This document shows, in pieces, positions 45,001 to 56,826 of a stretch of DNA of 64,000 nucleotides. Origin of the DNA: Eledone cirrhosa (taxonomy: Eukaryota); the NCBI GenBank assembly GCA_964016885.1, contig OZ024747.1, positions 28,768,001-28,832,000 on the forward strand, written 5' to 3'. Made by a program: the position numbers and the translations under genes. Every line of letters begins with the position of its first letter. Within the stretch, counting starts at the first letter, position 1. Under the pieces are notes generated by a model, which saw only the letters and a list, made by a program, of their open reading frames with translations, searched no databases and was not told where the DNA came from.

Positions 45001-48000
45001 TAGACAGAACAATATTGTAGATGTAAAACTGACAACATGATACTACAGTGGTAGACAGATCAGAATTGTAGATGTAAAACTGACAACATGGTACTACAGT
45101 GGCAGACAGAACAGTACTGTCGATGTAAAACTGACAACATTGTACTACAGTGGTAGACAGAACAGTATTGTAGATGTAAAACAAACAACATGGTACTACA
45201 GTGGTAGACAGAACAGTATTGTGGATGTAAAATTGACAACATGGTACTACAGTGGCAGACAGAACAGTATTGTAGATGTAAAACTGACAACATGATACTA
45301 CAGTGGTAGACAGAACAGTATTGTAGATGTAAAATTGACAACATAGTACTACAGTGGCAGACAGAACAGTATTGTAGATGTAAAACTGACAACATGGTAC
45401 TACAGTGGCAGACAGAACAGTATTGTAGATGTAAAACTGACATGATACTACAGTAGTAGACAGAATAGTATTGTAGATGTAAAATTGACAACATGGTACT
45501 ACAGTGGCAGACAGAACAGTATTGTAGATGTAAAACTGACAACATGGTACTACAGTGGTAGACAGAACAGTATTATTGATGTAAAACTGACAATATGGTA
45601 CTACAGTGGCAGACAGAACAGTATTGTAGATGTAAAACTGACAACATAGTACTACAGTGGCAGACAAAACAGTATTTTAGATGTAAAACTGACAACATGG
45701 TACTACAGTGGTAGACAGAACAATATTGTAGATGTAAAACTGACAACATGATACTACAGTGGCAGACAGAACAGTATTGTAGATGTAAAACTAACAAGAT
45801 AGTCCTACAGTGGTAGACAGAACACTCTTGTAGATGTAAAACTGACAACATGGTACTACAGTGGCAGACAGAACAGTATTGAAGATGTAAAACAGACAAC
45901 ATGATACTACAGTGGCAAACAGAACAGTATTGTAGATGTAAAACTGACAACATGGTACTACAGTGGTAGACAGAACAGTATTATAGATGTAAAACTGACA
46001 ATATGGTACTACAGTGGCAGACAGAACAGTATTGTAGATGTAAAACTGACAACATAGTACTACAGTGGCAGACAAAACAGTATTTTAGATGTAAAACTGA
46101 CAACATGGTACTACAGTGGTAGACAGAACAATATTGTAGATGTAAAACTGACAACATGATACTACAGTGGCAGACAGAACAGTATTGTAGATGTAAAACT
46201 GACAACATAGTACTACAGTGGCAGACAAAACAGTATTTTAGATGTAAAACTGACAACATGGTACTACAGTGGTAGACAGAACAATATTGTAGATGTAAAA
46301 CTGACAACATGATACTACAGTGGCAGACAGAACAGTATTGTAGATGTAAAACTGACAACATGATAATACAGTGGTAGACAGAACAGTATTGTAGATGTAA
46401 AACTGACAACATGGTACTACAGTGGCAGACAGAACAGTATTGTAGATGTAAAACTGACAATATGGTACTATAGTGGCAAAGAGAACAGTATTGTAGATGT
46501 AAAACTGACAACATGGTACTACAGTGGCAGACAGAACAGTTCTGTAGATGTAAAACTGACAACATGGTACTACAGTGGCAGACAGAACAGTACTGTAGAT
46601 GTAAAACTGACAACATGGTACTACAGTGGTAGACAGAACAGTATTGTAGATGTAAAACTGACAACATGGTACTACAGTGGTACACAGAACAGTATTGTAG
46701 ATGTAAAACTGACAACATGGTACTAAAGTGGTAGACGGACAACTACTGTAGATGTAAAACTGCCAACATGGTACTACAGTGGCAGACAGAACAGTATTGT
46801 AGATGTAAAATTGACAACATGGTACTACAGTGGCAGACAGAACAGTACTGTAGATGTAAAACTGACAACATAGTACTACAGTGGTAGACAGAATAGTATT
46901 GTAGATGTAAAATTGACAACATGGTACTGCAGTGGCAGACAGAACAGTATTGTAGATGTAAAACTGACAACATGATACTAAAGTGGTAGACAGAACAGTA
47001 TTGTAGATGTAAAATTGACAACATGGTACTACATTGGCAGACAGAACAGTATTGTAGATGTAAAACTGACAACATGGTACTACAGTGGCAGACAGAATAG
47101 TATTGTAGATGTAAAACTGACAACATGATACTACAGTGGTAGACAGAACAATATTGTAGATGTAAAACTAACAACATAGTACTTCAGTGGTAGACAGAAC
47201 ACTCTTGTAGATGTAAAACTGACAACATGGTACTACAGTGGCAGACAAAACAGTATTTTAGATGTAAAACTGACAACATGATACTACAGTGGTAGACAGA
47301 ACAGTATTTTAGATGTAAAACTGACAACATGGTACTACAGTGGCAGACAGTACAATATTGCAGATGTAAAACTGACAACATGGTACTACAGTGGCAGACA
47401 GAACAGTATTGTAGATGTAAACCTGACAACATGGTACTACAGTGGCAGGCAGAACAGTATTGTAGATGTAAAACTGAAAACATGATACTACAGTGGTAGA
47501 CAGAACAGTATTGTAGATGTAAAATTGACAACATGGTACTACAGTGGCAGACAGAATAGTATTGTAGATGTAAAATTGACAACATGGTACTACAGTGGCA
47601 GACAGAACAGTATTGTAGATGTAAAACTGACAACATGATACTACAGTGGCAGACAGAACAGTATTGTATATGTAAAACTGACAACATGGTACTACAGTTG
47701 CAGACAGAACAGTATTGTAGATGTAAAACTGACAACATGGTACTACAGTGGCAGACAGAACAGTATTGTAGATGTAAAACTGACAACATGGTACTACAGT
47801 GGCAGACAGAACAGTATTGTAGATGTAAAACTGACAACATGGTACTACAGTGGCAGACAGAACAGTATTGTAGATGTAAAACTGACAACATGGTACTACA
47901 GTGGCAGACAGAACAGTATTGTAGATGTAAAATTCGACAACATGGTACTACAGTGGCAGACAGAACAGTATTGAAGATGTAAAACTGACAACATGATACT

Positions 48001-51000
48001 ACAGTGGTAGACAGAACAGTATTATAGATGTAAAACTGACAACATGGTACTACAGTGGCAGACAGAACAGCATCATAAACGTGAAACTGACAACATGGTA
48101 CTACAGTGGCAGACAGAACAGTATTGTAGATGTAAAACTGACAACATGGTACTACAGTGGCAGACAGAACAGTATTGTAGATGTAAAACTGACAACATGA
48201 TACTACAGTGGCAGACAGAACAGTATTGTAGATGTAAAACTGACAACATGATACTACAGTGGTAGACAGAACAGAATTGTAGATGTAAAACTGACAACAT
48301 GGTACTACAGTGGCAGACAGCACAGTATTGTAGATGTAAAACTGACAATATGGTACTAGAGTGGCAAAGAGAACAGTATTGTAGATGTAAAACTGACAAC
48401 ATGGTACTACAGTGGCAGACAGAACAGTACTGTAGATGTAAAACTGAAAACATGGTACTACAGTGGTAGACAGAACAGTACCGTAGATGTAAAACTGACA
48501 ACATGGTACTAAAGTGGTAGACAGACAACTACTGTAGATGTAAAACTGACAACATGGTACTACAGTGGCAGACAGAACAATATTGTAGATGTAAAACTGA
48601 CAACATGATACTAGAGTGGTAGACAGAACAGAATTGTAGATGTAAAATTGACAACATGGTACTACAGTGGCAGACAGAACAGTATTGTAGATGTAAAACT
48701 GACAACATGGTACTACAGTGGCAGACAGAACAGTATTGTAGATGTAAAACTAACAACATGGTACTACAGCGGTAGACAGAATAGTATTGTAGATGTAAAA
48801 CTGACAACATGATACTACAGTGGTAGACAGAACAATATTGTAGATGTAAAACTAACAACATAGTACTACGGTGGTAGACAGAACACTCTTGTAGATGTAA
48901 AACTGACAACATGGTACTACAGTGGCAGACAGAACAGTATTGAAGATGTAAAACAAACAACATGATACTACAGTGGCAAACAGAACAGTATTGTAGATGT
49001 AAAACTGACAACATGGTACTACAGTGGTAGACAGAACAGTATTATAGATGTAAAACTGACAATATGGTACTACAGTGGCAGACAGAACAGTATTGTAGAT
49101 GTAAAACTGACATGATACTACAGTGGTAGACAGAATAGTATTGTAGATGTAAAATTGACAACATGGTACTACAGTGGCAGACAGAACAGTATTGTAGATG
49201 TAAAACTGACAACATGATACTACAGTGGTAGACAGAACAGTATTGTAGATGTAAAATTGACATGATACTACATTGGCAGACAGAACAGTATTGTAGATGT
49301 AAAACTGACAACATGGTACTACAGTGGCAGACAGAACAGTATTGTAGATGTGAAACTAACAACATGGTACTACAGTGGTAGACAGAATAGTATTGTAGAT
49401 GTAAAACTGACAACATGATACTACAGTGGTAGACAGAACAATATTGTAGATGTAAAACTGACAACATGGTACTACAGTGGCAGACAGAACAGTATTGTAG
49501 ATGTAAAACTGACAACATGGTACTACAGTGGCAGACAGAACAGTATTGTAGATGTAAAACTGACATGATACTACAGTGGTAGACAGAATAGTATTGTAGA
49601 TGTAAAATTGACAACATGGTACTACAGTGGCAGACAGAACAGTATTGTTGATGTAAAACTGACAACATGATACTACAGTGGTAGACAGAACAGTATTGTA
49701 GATGTAAAATTGACATGATACTACATTGGCAGACAGAACAGTATTGTAGATGTAAAACTGACAACATGGTACTACAGTGGCAGACAGAACAGTATTGTAG
49801 ATGTGAAACTAACAACATGGTACTACAGTGGTAGACAGAATAGTATTGTAGATGTAAAACTGACAACATGATACTACAGTGGTAGACAGAACAATATTGT
49901 AGATGTAAAACTGACAACATGGTACTACAGTGGCAGACAGAATAGTATTGTAGATGTAAAACTGACAACATGGTACTACAGTGGCAGACAGAACAGTATT
50001 GTAGATGTAAAACTGACAACATGATACTACAGTGGCAGACAGAACAGTATTGTAGATGTAAAACTGACAACATAGTACTACAGTGGTAGATAGAACAGTA
50101 TTATAGATGTAAAACTGACAACATGGTACTACAGTGGCAGACAGAACAGTACTGTAGATGTAAAACTGACAACATGATACTACAGTGGCAGACAGAACAG
50201 TATTCTAGATGTAAAACTGACAACATGATACTACAGTGGTAGACAGAACAGTATTGTAGATGTAAAACTGACAACATGATACTACAGTGGTAGACAGAAC
50301 AGTATTGTAGATGTAAAACTGACAACATGGTACTACAGTGGCAGACAGAACAGTATTGTAGATGTAAAACTGACAACATGATACTACAGTGGCAGACAGA
50401 ACAGTATTGTAGATGTAAAACTGACAACATGATACTACAGTGGTAGACAGAACAGAATTGTAGATGTAAAACTGACAACATGGTACTACAGTGGTAGATA
50501 GAATAGTATTGTAGATGTAAAACTGACAACATGGTACTACAGTGGTAGACAGAACAGTATTGTAGATGTAAAACTGACAACATGATATTACAGTGGTAGA
50601 CAGAACAGAATTGTAGATGTAGAAATGATATGGTACTACAGTGGTAGACAGAACAGTATTGTAGATGTAAAACTGACAACATGGTACTACAGTGGCAGAC
50701 AGAACAGTATTGTAGATGTAAAACTGACAACATGGTACTACAGTGGCAGACAGAACTGTACTGTAGATGTAAAACTGACAACATGATACTACAGTGGCAG
50801 ACAGAACAGTATTGTAGATGTAAAACTGACAACATGGTACTACAGTGGTAGACAGAACAGTATTGTAGATGTAAAACTGACAACATGGTACTACAGTGTC
50901 AGACAGAACAGTACTGTAGATGTAAAACTGACAACATGATACTACAATGGCAGAGAGAACAGTATTGTAGATGTAAAACTGACACCATGATACTACAGTG

Positions 51001-51780
51001 GTAGACAGAACAGTATTGTAGATTTAAAACTGACAACACGGTACTACAGTGGTAGACAGTACAACAGAACAATATTGTAGATGTAAAACTGACAACATGG
51101 TACTAAAGTGGTAGACAGACTAGTATTGTAGATGTAAAACTGACAAGATGATACTACAGTGGTTAACAGAACACTCTTGCAGATGTAAAACTGACAACAT
51201 GGTACTACAGTGGCAGACAGAACAGTATTGTAGATGTAAAACTGACAACATGGTACTACAGTGGTTGACAGAACAGTATTGTAGATGTAAAACTGACAAC
51301 ATGATACTACAGTGGCAGACAGAACAGTATTGTAGATGTAAAACTGACAACAAGGTACTACAGTGGTAGAACAGTATTGTAGATGTAAAACTGACAACAT
51401 GGTACTACAGTGGTATACAGAACAGTATTGTAGATGTAAAACTGACAACATGATACTACAGTGGCAGACAGGTAGACAGACCAGTACTGTAGATGTAAAG
51501 CTGACAACATGGTACTACAGTGGTAAGCAGACCAGTATTGTAGATGTAAATCTGACAACATGGTACTACAGTGGTAGACAGACCAGTACTGTAGATGTAA
51601 AGCCGACAACATGGTACTACAGTGGTAGCTAGACCAGTATTGTAGATGTAAAGCTGACAACATGGTACTACAATGGTATACAGGCAGACAGAACAGTACC
51701 CTAGATGTAAAGCTGAGATGTTACTACAGAGGTAGGCAAGCAGACAGACCAGTATTGTAGATGTAAAACTGACAACAAGG
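1..51780. repeat. Giant 51-bp tandem repeat (satellite/minisatellite) array, ~1,000 units, open at the left window edge
   Basis: Consensus ACAACATGGTACTACAGTGGCAGACAGAACAGTATTGTAGATGTAAAACTG repeats head-to-tail with no spacers. Units differ by a few substitutions and occasional indels (48-, 50-, 52- and 59-bp units). Units degenerate over ~50.6-51.8 kb and unique sequence starts at ~51,781. Copy number is estimated as 51,780/51. Confidence 0.99.
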
Positions 51781-52151
51781 TGGTCAAAGTCAACTAGAAC
51801 ATTCATCTTTCTAGTCGTACATGGTAATGTCTCCATATCAAATATGGTTCTTAAATAGAACAGCTGTCTGGGTTGTTCAGCCATGAACAAAGCTGGCACA
51901 GGAAACCTTTGACCTTTGAAGTGAGGACAGTATCATCAGAACAGATGGCTCTTCATTACAGAACTAACTATAACTTTGGTAAATATGGAAACAATAAGAC
52001 AGGGAGGTAGAGAAAGAGGAGAGTTAGATGAGGGCAATGTGTGTACAGGGGTGGGGAGTATAAGAAATAAACTGAATAAATATTAATTTCAAATGTCAAT
52101 CTGTGTATATGTACGTATGTGTGCAAATATACAAAACCTGAATATACATAC
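1..52151 (-). other. STAM: Putative giant STAM intron (phase 0) between the UIM-linker exon and the expected SH3 exon; acceptor lies outside the window
   Basis: Donor GTATGT at 52151-52146 follows ...KTKEYRK. In STAM proteins this is followed directly by the SH3 domain (VRAxYDFEAAEDNEL...). No such peptide is found in 51781-52151 or in the array. Confidence 0.75.
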
Positions 52152-52270
52152 TTTGCGGTATTCCTTAGTTTTGGGCAAAGTATTGGTGTTGGCGAGGGCA
52201 GTAGAGGCTGAGGGGTATAATGAACCCCCAGCTTTTGATTTCTCAGCTTCTTGTAATGATAAAGCAATGG
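52152..52270 (-). CDS. STAM: STAM exon (119 nt): C-terminal half of UIM and linker, (A)IALSLQEAEKSKAGGSLYPSASTALANTNTLPKTKEYRK
   Basis: Acceptor ...tgttgcag (ctg at 52271-52273 on +), donor gtatgt. Phase 1 in, phase 0 out. AIALSL is the UIM core, and SLYPS and RK before SH3 match STAM. Confidence 0.93.
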
Positions 52271-52329
52271 CTGCAACACAAAAAAACAAAACATACAGAA
52301 AAGGAATAAATAATATAGAAAAATGTAAA

Positions 52330-52490
52330 AATGCTGTTGCACACATCAAAAATAGTGCCTCACATATCAAAATGTTATGGCGCACATCAAAATATTACTG
52401 ATTACATAAAAATGTTGCATACATCAAAATGCTGCTGATCACATCATAATGTTGCTGTGCACATCAAACTGTTCCTGCATGCATTAAAAT
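52330..52490. repeat. Degenerate ~20-bp minisatellite (CACATCAAAATGYTGYTG-like), ~8 copies, intronic
   Basis: ACATCAAAATG-like motif recurs every ~20 bp just intron-side of the 52270 acceptor. Confidence 0.8.
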
Positions 52491-53115
52491 TTTAAAAAAT
52501 TTGCTCAAAGCATCAAAAGTTCTTAGTGGTAGTTTTGATTACCAGACATGGGCTAAAGGGTAGATGTAGACTCCCTAAACCATAGTGAAGGCAACCCATC
52601 TAAGAGAGCAGTCACTCTGAATAAAAACTGACACAGAGTTGAGAGGACTCTTAAGTCCTGATAGACAATCTCTCGTGGTGGTTGCAAAATAAAATGCACC
52701 CAATCCATGCTGTAAAATTGTTGGTGATAGAAAGGGCACCCAGCCTGAAAACACAAGCCAAAAATTACATATACGGTACATCTCATAAGATAACCACTAA
52801 TCATGTTAGCACTGCACAAGGTTGTGGGGTGGGTAACCTAGCCCTGTGTGAGAACTTCCTTGACCATCATCAAATGACCAGCCAAAGAAGACTGGGGCAG
52901 AAGCGAGGAGAGCACATCTCAAAACATTGAGCTTCACAGGAATGCAATAAATGGAAAGAAACTGTGCTGGAGAAGACCCAAACCTATGCAAAGCATGGGA
53001 AGTGAACATAAAAGGATGATGATGAATGGCAAAGATTATTAAACATCTATCCATATAACTATCACTCTATATACATAGATATACAGACATTAATATAAGA
53101 AGGAGAAGTGGTCAC

Positions 53116-53191
53116 CTTTAGCTATGTCATCTTCTTCCTGTTGTGTTTGTACAGCGTCAGGATTTGAAATAAGTGTTGGTGCTTTCTTTGG
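53116..53191 (-). CDS. STAM: STAM exon (76 nt): PKKAPTLISNPDAVQTQQEEDDIAK, N-terminal half of UIM
   Basis: Acceptor ttttaacag, donor gtgacc. Joins in frame with the next exon to give the UIM EEDDIAKAIALSL. Confidence 0.92.
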
Positions 53192-53390
53192 CTGTTAAAA
53201 AACCCAGAAATTATTATGCATAGAGTGAGAAATGTGACTGAGGATAAGCAATGAGGAAACTAGTAATTGTAACAACTTTCAGATTTAAAATTTTGCAATA
53301 GCCATTAACAATGTATAGGAGAAAATCCATACAGTAACAGCAACAACAATACAGCACAAGTTAAACATTAAACATCAAGTGAACACTTAC

Positions 53391-53457
53391 CATTGTGTCT
53401 GGATCGGAGAACTCATGACCTTCTTTTTTTAAGCTTTCATACAGTGATGGTATCAAG
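53391..53457 (-). CDS. STAM: STAM exon (67 nt): (N)LIPSLYESLKKEGHEFSDPDTM, end of VHS domain
   Basis: Acceptor tgtccag, donor gtaagt. Phase 2 in, phase 0 out. LYxxLKxEGxxF is the VHS C-terminal helix motif. Confidence 0.93.
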
Positions 53458-53845
53458 CTGGACAGGATTAGAAAGATAACATTTTATGATGGTGATGATG
53501 ATATATACTCGAATATAAGTTGACCCCACCACTTGTTTATAAGATGAAGCAGCTAATCAACACATTATGGCATTATTTTCAAATTCTCATGAACAGAGAA
53601 AATATATACAAAGTTTTAACACTTTTATATTTTAAATGTTTTAAGTGTCATTTAGAGTATAGTTTTTGTTTCACAAATCCACTATGTAAAGACTTTTTAC
53701 CATTTCATTCATTTTATAAAGTTTCAAGTTTCTTGAATTTTTGTTTACTTTGGCTACTCAAATGTTTGGAGTATTTTGATGATGAAATGATGATGATGAT
53801 GATGATAAACCAAAGTTAAAACCTAAGAATACTGAGTCTACTTAC

Positions 53846-53931
53846 TTTAAAGCTGGTTCATCTTTGAATTCTGGCATTTCTGCCCATCTTTTTATCAATA
53901 ACTTCAGCTTCTGTGCTACTTTTGGATGAGC
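53846..53931 (-). CDS. STAM: STAM exon (86 nt): AHPKVAQKLKLLIKRWAEMPEFKDEPAL
   Basis: Acceptor attgtcag, donor gtaagt. HPKV..KL...W...FK.P.L matches the STAM VHS domain. Confidence 0.95.
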
Positions 53932-54109
53932 CTGACAATAAAGTATACAAACATCAATGTAAAAAAATAAAGGGCCCTTAACTCTTGATGGAGTCATAGG
54001 GATGCTGTCTTGACACAGCAATTTCTTCCAGAAAGAGAAAGAAAAGGAGAAAAAGTGAAGAAGAGAGGGAGAGAGAAAAAAGAGATAAAGAGAGACAAGA
54101 AGATCCAAC

Positions 54110-54256
54110 TGCATTACTGGACTGGTTGTTTATCGACCATGAAAGGAGGAAAAACAAAGTTGATCTCAGCAGGATTTGAGCTCAGAGGGCAGTAAGCAGG
54201 AACAAATATCTAGGCAATTTCAATCCAATTCTGTAATAACTGCCAATTTGCTGCCT
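54110..54256 (-). mobile_element. tRNA-derived SINE copy (same family as 59162-59348), minus strand
   Basis: The reverse complement reads ggcagcaaattggcagttatt...tctgagctcaaatcctgctgagatcaactttg...ggtcgataaa. It has A-box/B-box-like motifs and aligns by eye to the 59162 copy. Confidence 0.75.
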
Positions 54257-54397
54257 TAAACATTAAATACAACATGAAATACATCAACTGTTTGTCTAAT
54301 ATTAGAGACCATGTTAGAGAAGAGGAGACTATATATATCAATATAGGAGACTATGTTGAGACTATATCTCAACATTTCAGATTTGTTGCAAGAGATG

Positions 54398-54612
54398 AGG
54401 TGGTAGAGTTGTTAGAGTGGATAAAACGCTTTGCTGTGTTTATTCTGATTTTTTTCACTCTGACTTCAAATACCACTGAGATCAAGTCTACTTTTTGCGC
54501 TTCTGGAGTCAATAAAATAAGATATCACCCCAGCGATGGTGGGTTAATAGAATTGTTAGAGTGTTGGAAGAGATGCCTTGTGGTATTTGTTCCAGCTCTG
54601 ATTTCAAATCGC
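54398..54612 (+). mobile_element. Two degenerate SINE 5' fragments of the same family, in tandem
   Basis: tggtagagttgttagag...ctgacttcaaatacc..gagatcaa...ggagtcaataaaataag, followed by a second head ggtgggttaatagaattgttagagtgttgg...ctgatttcaaat. Confidence 0.55.
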
Positions 54613-55085
54613 TCAGTGCCTTGCTTGGGCAGTAGATTTAAATCATCACCTTGTTTAACATGACCACCATGGACCTTGAGTGCCTTTAGTGATGTCCACT
54701 CTGTTGCAAGCATATGGTCCCCAGTTTAAGAATACTTTCATTCCCCAGAGGTATTGAAAACCATCATGAGCACTACCCTTCCCTCCCTGAATAAACATAG
54801 AAACACATACACACTTGTTTATTTGTAAAACAATAGAATGTTCTATGAATTCTACTAAATCTTCTTCCTTCTCTCCCACCAATCTCAGAGGCAGTGAGAT
54901 GAGTCATGGGTACTGCCCTTCCAACATTGACTAAACAATAAAAGTTAAATGAAATCAGAAGAGATGTTGATGAAACTTTCTTCTGTGTAGACTGTTTTCT
55001 ATGGCTCAAAAGATTGTGGCTTTATTTTAACTTTATTGTTACAGCCTTCATCCCATTCTAAATATTAACTCTTAACATCCTGTGC

Positions 55086-55383
55086 CACATGAAACTACAT
55101 TAACAAGACATCATCAAAAAGTACAAAACAGCACTGTGACTATGTTACATTGAAAATTTAAGTCTTTACTGTAATACTTGCAATGATCTGTCCAGTAGTA
55201 AAGATAATTTAAACATTTGAATTAATAAACTACATGAAACCACATTAGCAAGACATCATTGAGAAGTATAAAAAAAACAGCTCTATGATTGCTCTATCAC
55301 ATTAAAAACTTAAAGTCTTTACTCTAATACTGCAAATTTTCACAATGAGCCACTAGTAAAGATACTATAAACATTTGAATTAA
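55086..55383. repeat. Diverged tandem duplication of a ~145-bp unit (2 copies)
   Basis: acatgaaac.acatta.caagacatcat...aagtctttact.taatact...tagtaaagata.t.taaacatttgaattaa occurs at ~55086-55225 and again at ~55230-55383. Confidence 0.8.
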
Positions 55384-55769
55384 CGCTTTTAGATATTTTC
55401 TGCTAAATCATTTCAGAATGATAAGGGTGAAAGCATGCTGGTTAATTTTAGTGAGAAGTCACTACTAGTTTATGTAAACTAGTGGAAAATGTGTATAAAC
55501 TGTATTGTACATATAAACAGCTTATACTATACAGTATATACTATATTGTATATAAGGTTTGTATTTTGTCAGGTCAAACTTCAGTTAAAGAAATTACGGA
55601 AGACAATGTTACAATATTAATTGTCAGTAATGTGACAGAAGTCATTCTAAAGATCAAAGAGATTTGACATTTTTCATAATAATAATAAAGATCCTTATTT
55701 TGGCACAAGGACACTAGAGAAGGAGTATAAACTAGTTGGATTACACCCACCATATATCTGATGTGAAAA

Positions 55770-55925
55770 CATGCAGCCTAGTTGTTAGGGTGTTAGTTTC
55801 ACGATTGTGAAGCCATGGATGAAGCAGCACTTTGTGTCCTCACTTCATGTTGTTCCAGTCCACTCAGCTGAAAAAGCCTAACAGCAACAGCTGGGGTTTA
55901 AACTTGTGACAGGCTGGCATATTGA
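55770..55925 (+). mobile_element. Probable degenerate SINE fragment (second family)
   Basis: tRNA-like head gcctagttgttagggtgtt followed by ...gtcctcacttcatgttgttccagtccactcagctg. Recognised by pattern only, with no second copy in the window. Confidence 0.4.
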
Positions 55926-55943
55926 CTAAGTCTTGTACTGTCA

Positions 55944-56240
55944 GATATCCACCATATCACCACAAGCTATCCACAATATCACCACAAACTATCCACAATA
56001 TTACAAGATATCCATAATATCACAAGCTATCCACGATATCTCCACAATATCACCACAAGATATCCACAATATCAACACAATATCACCACAAGATATCCAC
56101 AATATCAACACAAGATATCCATAATATCACCACAAGATATCCATAATATCACCACAAGATATCCATATCACAAGCTATCTACGATATCTCCACAATATCA
56201 CCACAAGATATCCACAATATCACCACAAGATATACACAAT
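55944..56240. repeat. 22-bp minisatellite (ATATCCACAATATCACCACAAG), ~13 copies, intronic
   Basis: Direct tandem repeat beginning ~28 nt into the intron after the 56269 donor. It explains ORF 55933..56124. Confidence 0.9.
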
Positions 56241-56268
56241 ACTCGCTCAAGTTCAACAAAAGACTTAC

Positions 56269-56367
56269 TTTTTGTCCAATAAAATTGCGACATTCTGACA
56301 CGAAATCTCTGGAACAAATTTCCAAATGAAATGGCCGACCACAATTATTTACACAAGCATCAAGAAG
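56269..56367 (-). CDS. STAM: STAM exon (99 nt): [33 protein letters not shown]
   Basis: Acceptor atttgcag, donor gtaagt. LL.ACV.NCG..FHLE.CSRDF is the STAM VHS signature. Confidence 0.97.
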
Positions 56368-56826
56368 CTGCAAATAGAAAGAAAGATAAAGAAATTAAAG
56401 ATTACAGCAATTGAAACAGAGCATGTTTAACTCTTTCATTACAATATTTCTAATGAAAGACACTGCCTATGATTTTAAAATAATTTTGAAAATAATCAAA
56501 AATTTTGAAGGGTGTGGTAGGATATCTCCCCAGCAATCAACCTATAGCAAACTACTATGTATGCCAAACATAAAACATAACATGCATTCATTTGGCAACA
56601 TAATTATTTTCATGTTTCCAACACATACATGCGACAACTTTGAACAAGTTTCAGTATTATTATGACCTCATCTCTAAAATATCTGCCTAATGGAGCTGTA
56701 GTTTGGACAATAGTGTAGTCTTCTATCAGTATGTTGGCTGAGCCAGCTGCATCATTACTTTCTAACAATAAATCTATTTGATCAACATAGTGTGAAATGT
56801 TAGGAGACATAGAAATATGAACTCAC

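Noticed and set aside
137-50886. CSVCH = CxxCH heme-binding motif every 17 aa, mimicking a multiheme cytochrome c or zinc-finger array
   Set aside because: The context is eukaryotic and intronic. The very common GGCAG>GGTAG variant changes it to CSVYH, ORFs are fragmented, and there is no signal peptide. It is a translation artefact.
108-51663. Many ORFs over the array (MVLQWQTEQYCRCKTDN, MLSVLHLQYCSVCHCST, CCQFYIYNTVLSATVVP, TTWYYSGRQNSIVDVKL repeats) as a repetitive Cys/His-rich protein
   Set aside because: The unit is 17 codons and four of six consensus frames happen to be stop-free. Variants introduce stops in every frame, and 50-, 52- and 59-bp units cause frameshifts. There is no sign of frame preservation.
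1-51780. CRISPR array
   Set aside because: Units abut directly with no unique spacers, there are no cas genes, and the flank is a spliced eukaryotic gene.
51456-51899. 147-aa minus-strand ORF crossing the array boundary as a possible next STAM exon
   Set aside because: It has no SH3 similarity and most of it is translated degenerate repeat.
51781-52151. Intronic polyadenylation giving a truncated VHS-UIM isoform (read-through stop at 52089-52091)
   Set aside because: No AATAAA or ATTAAA was seen on the minus strand in the unique segment or the repeat consensus. It is unsupported without transcript data.
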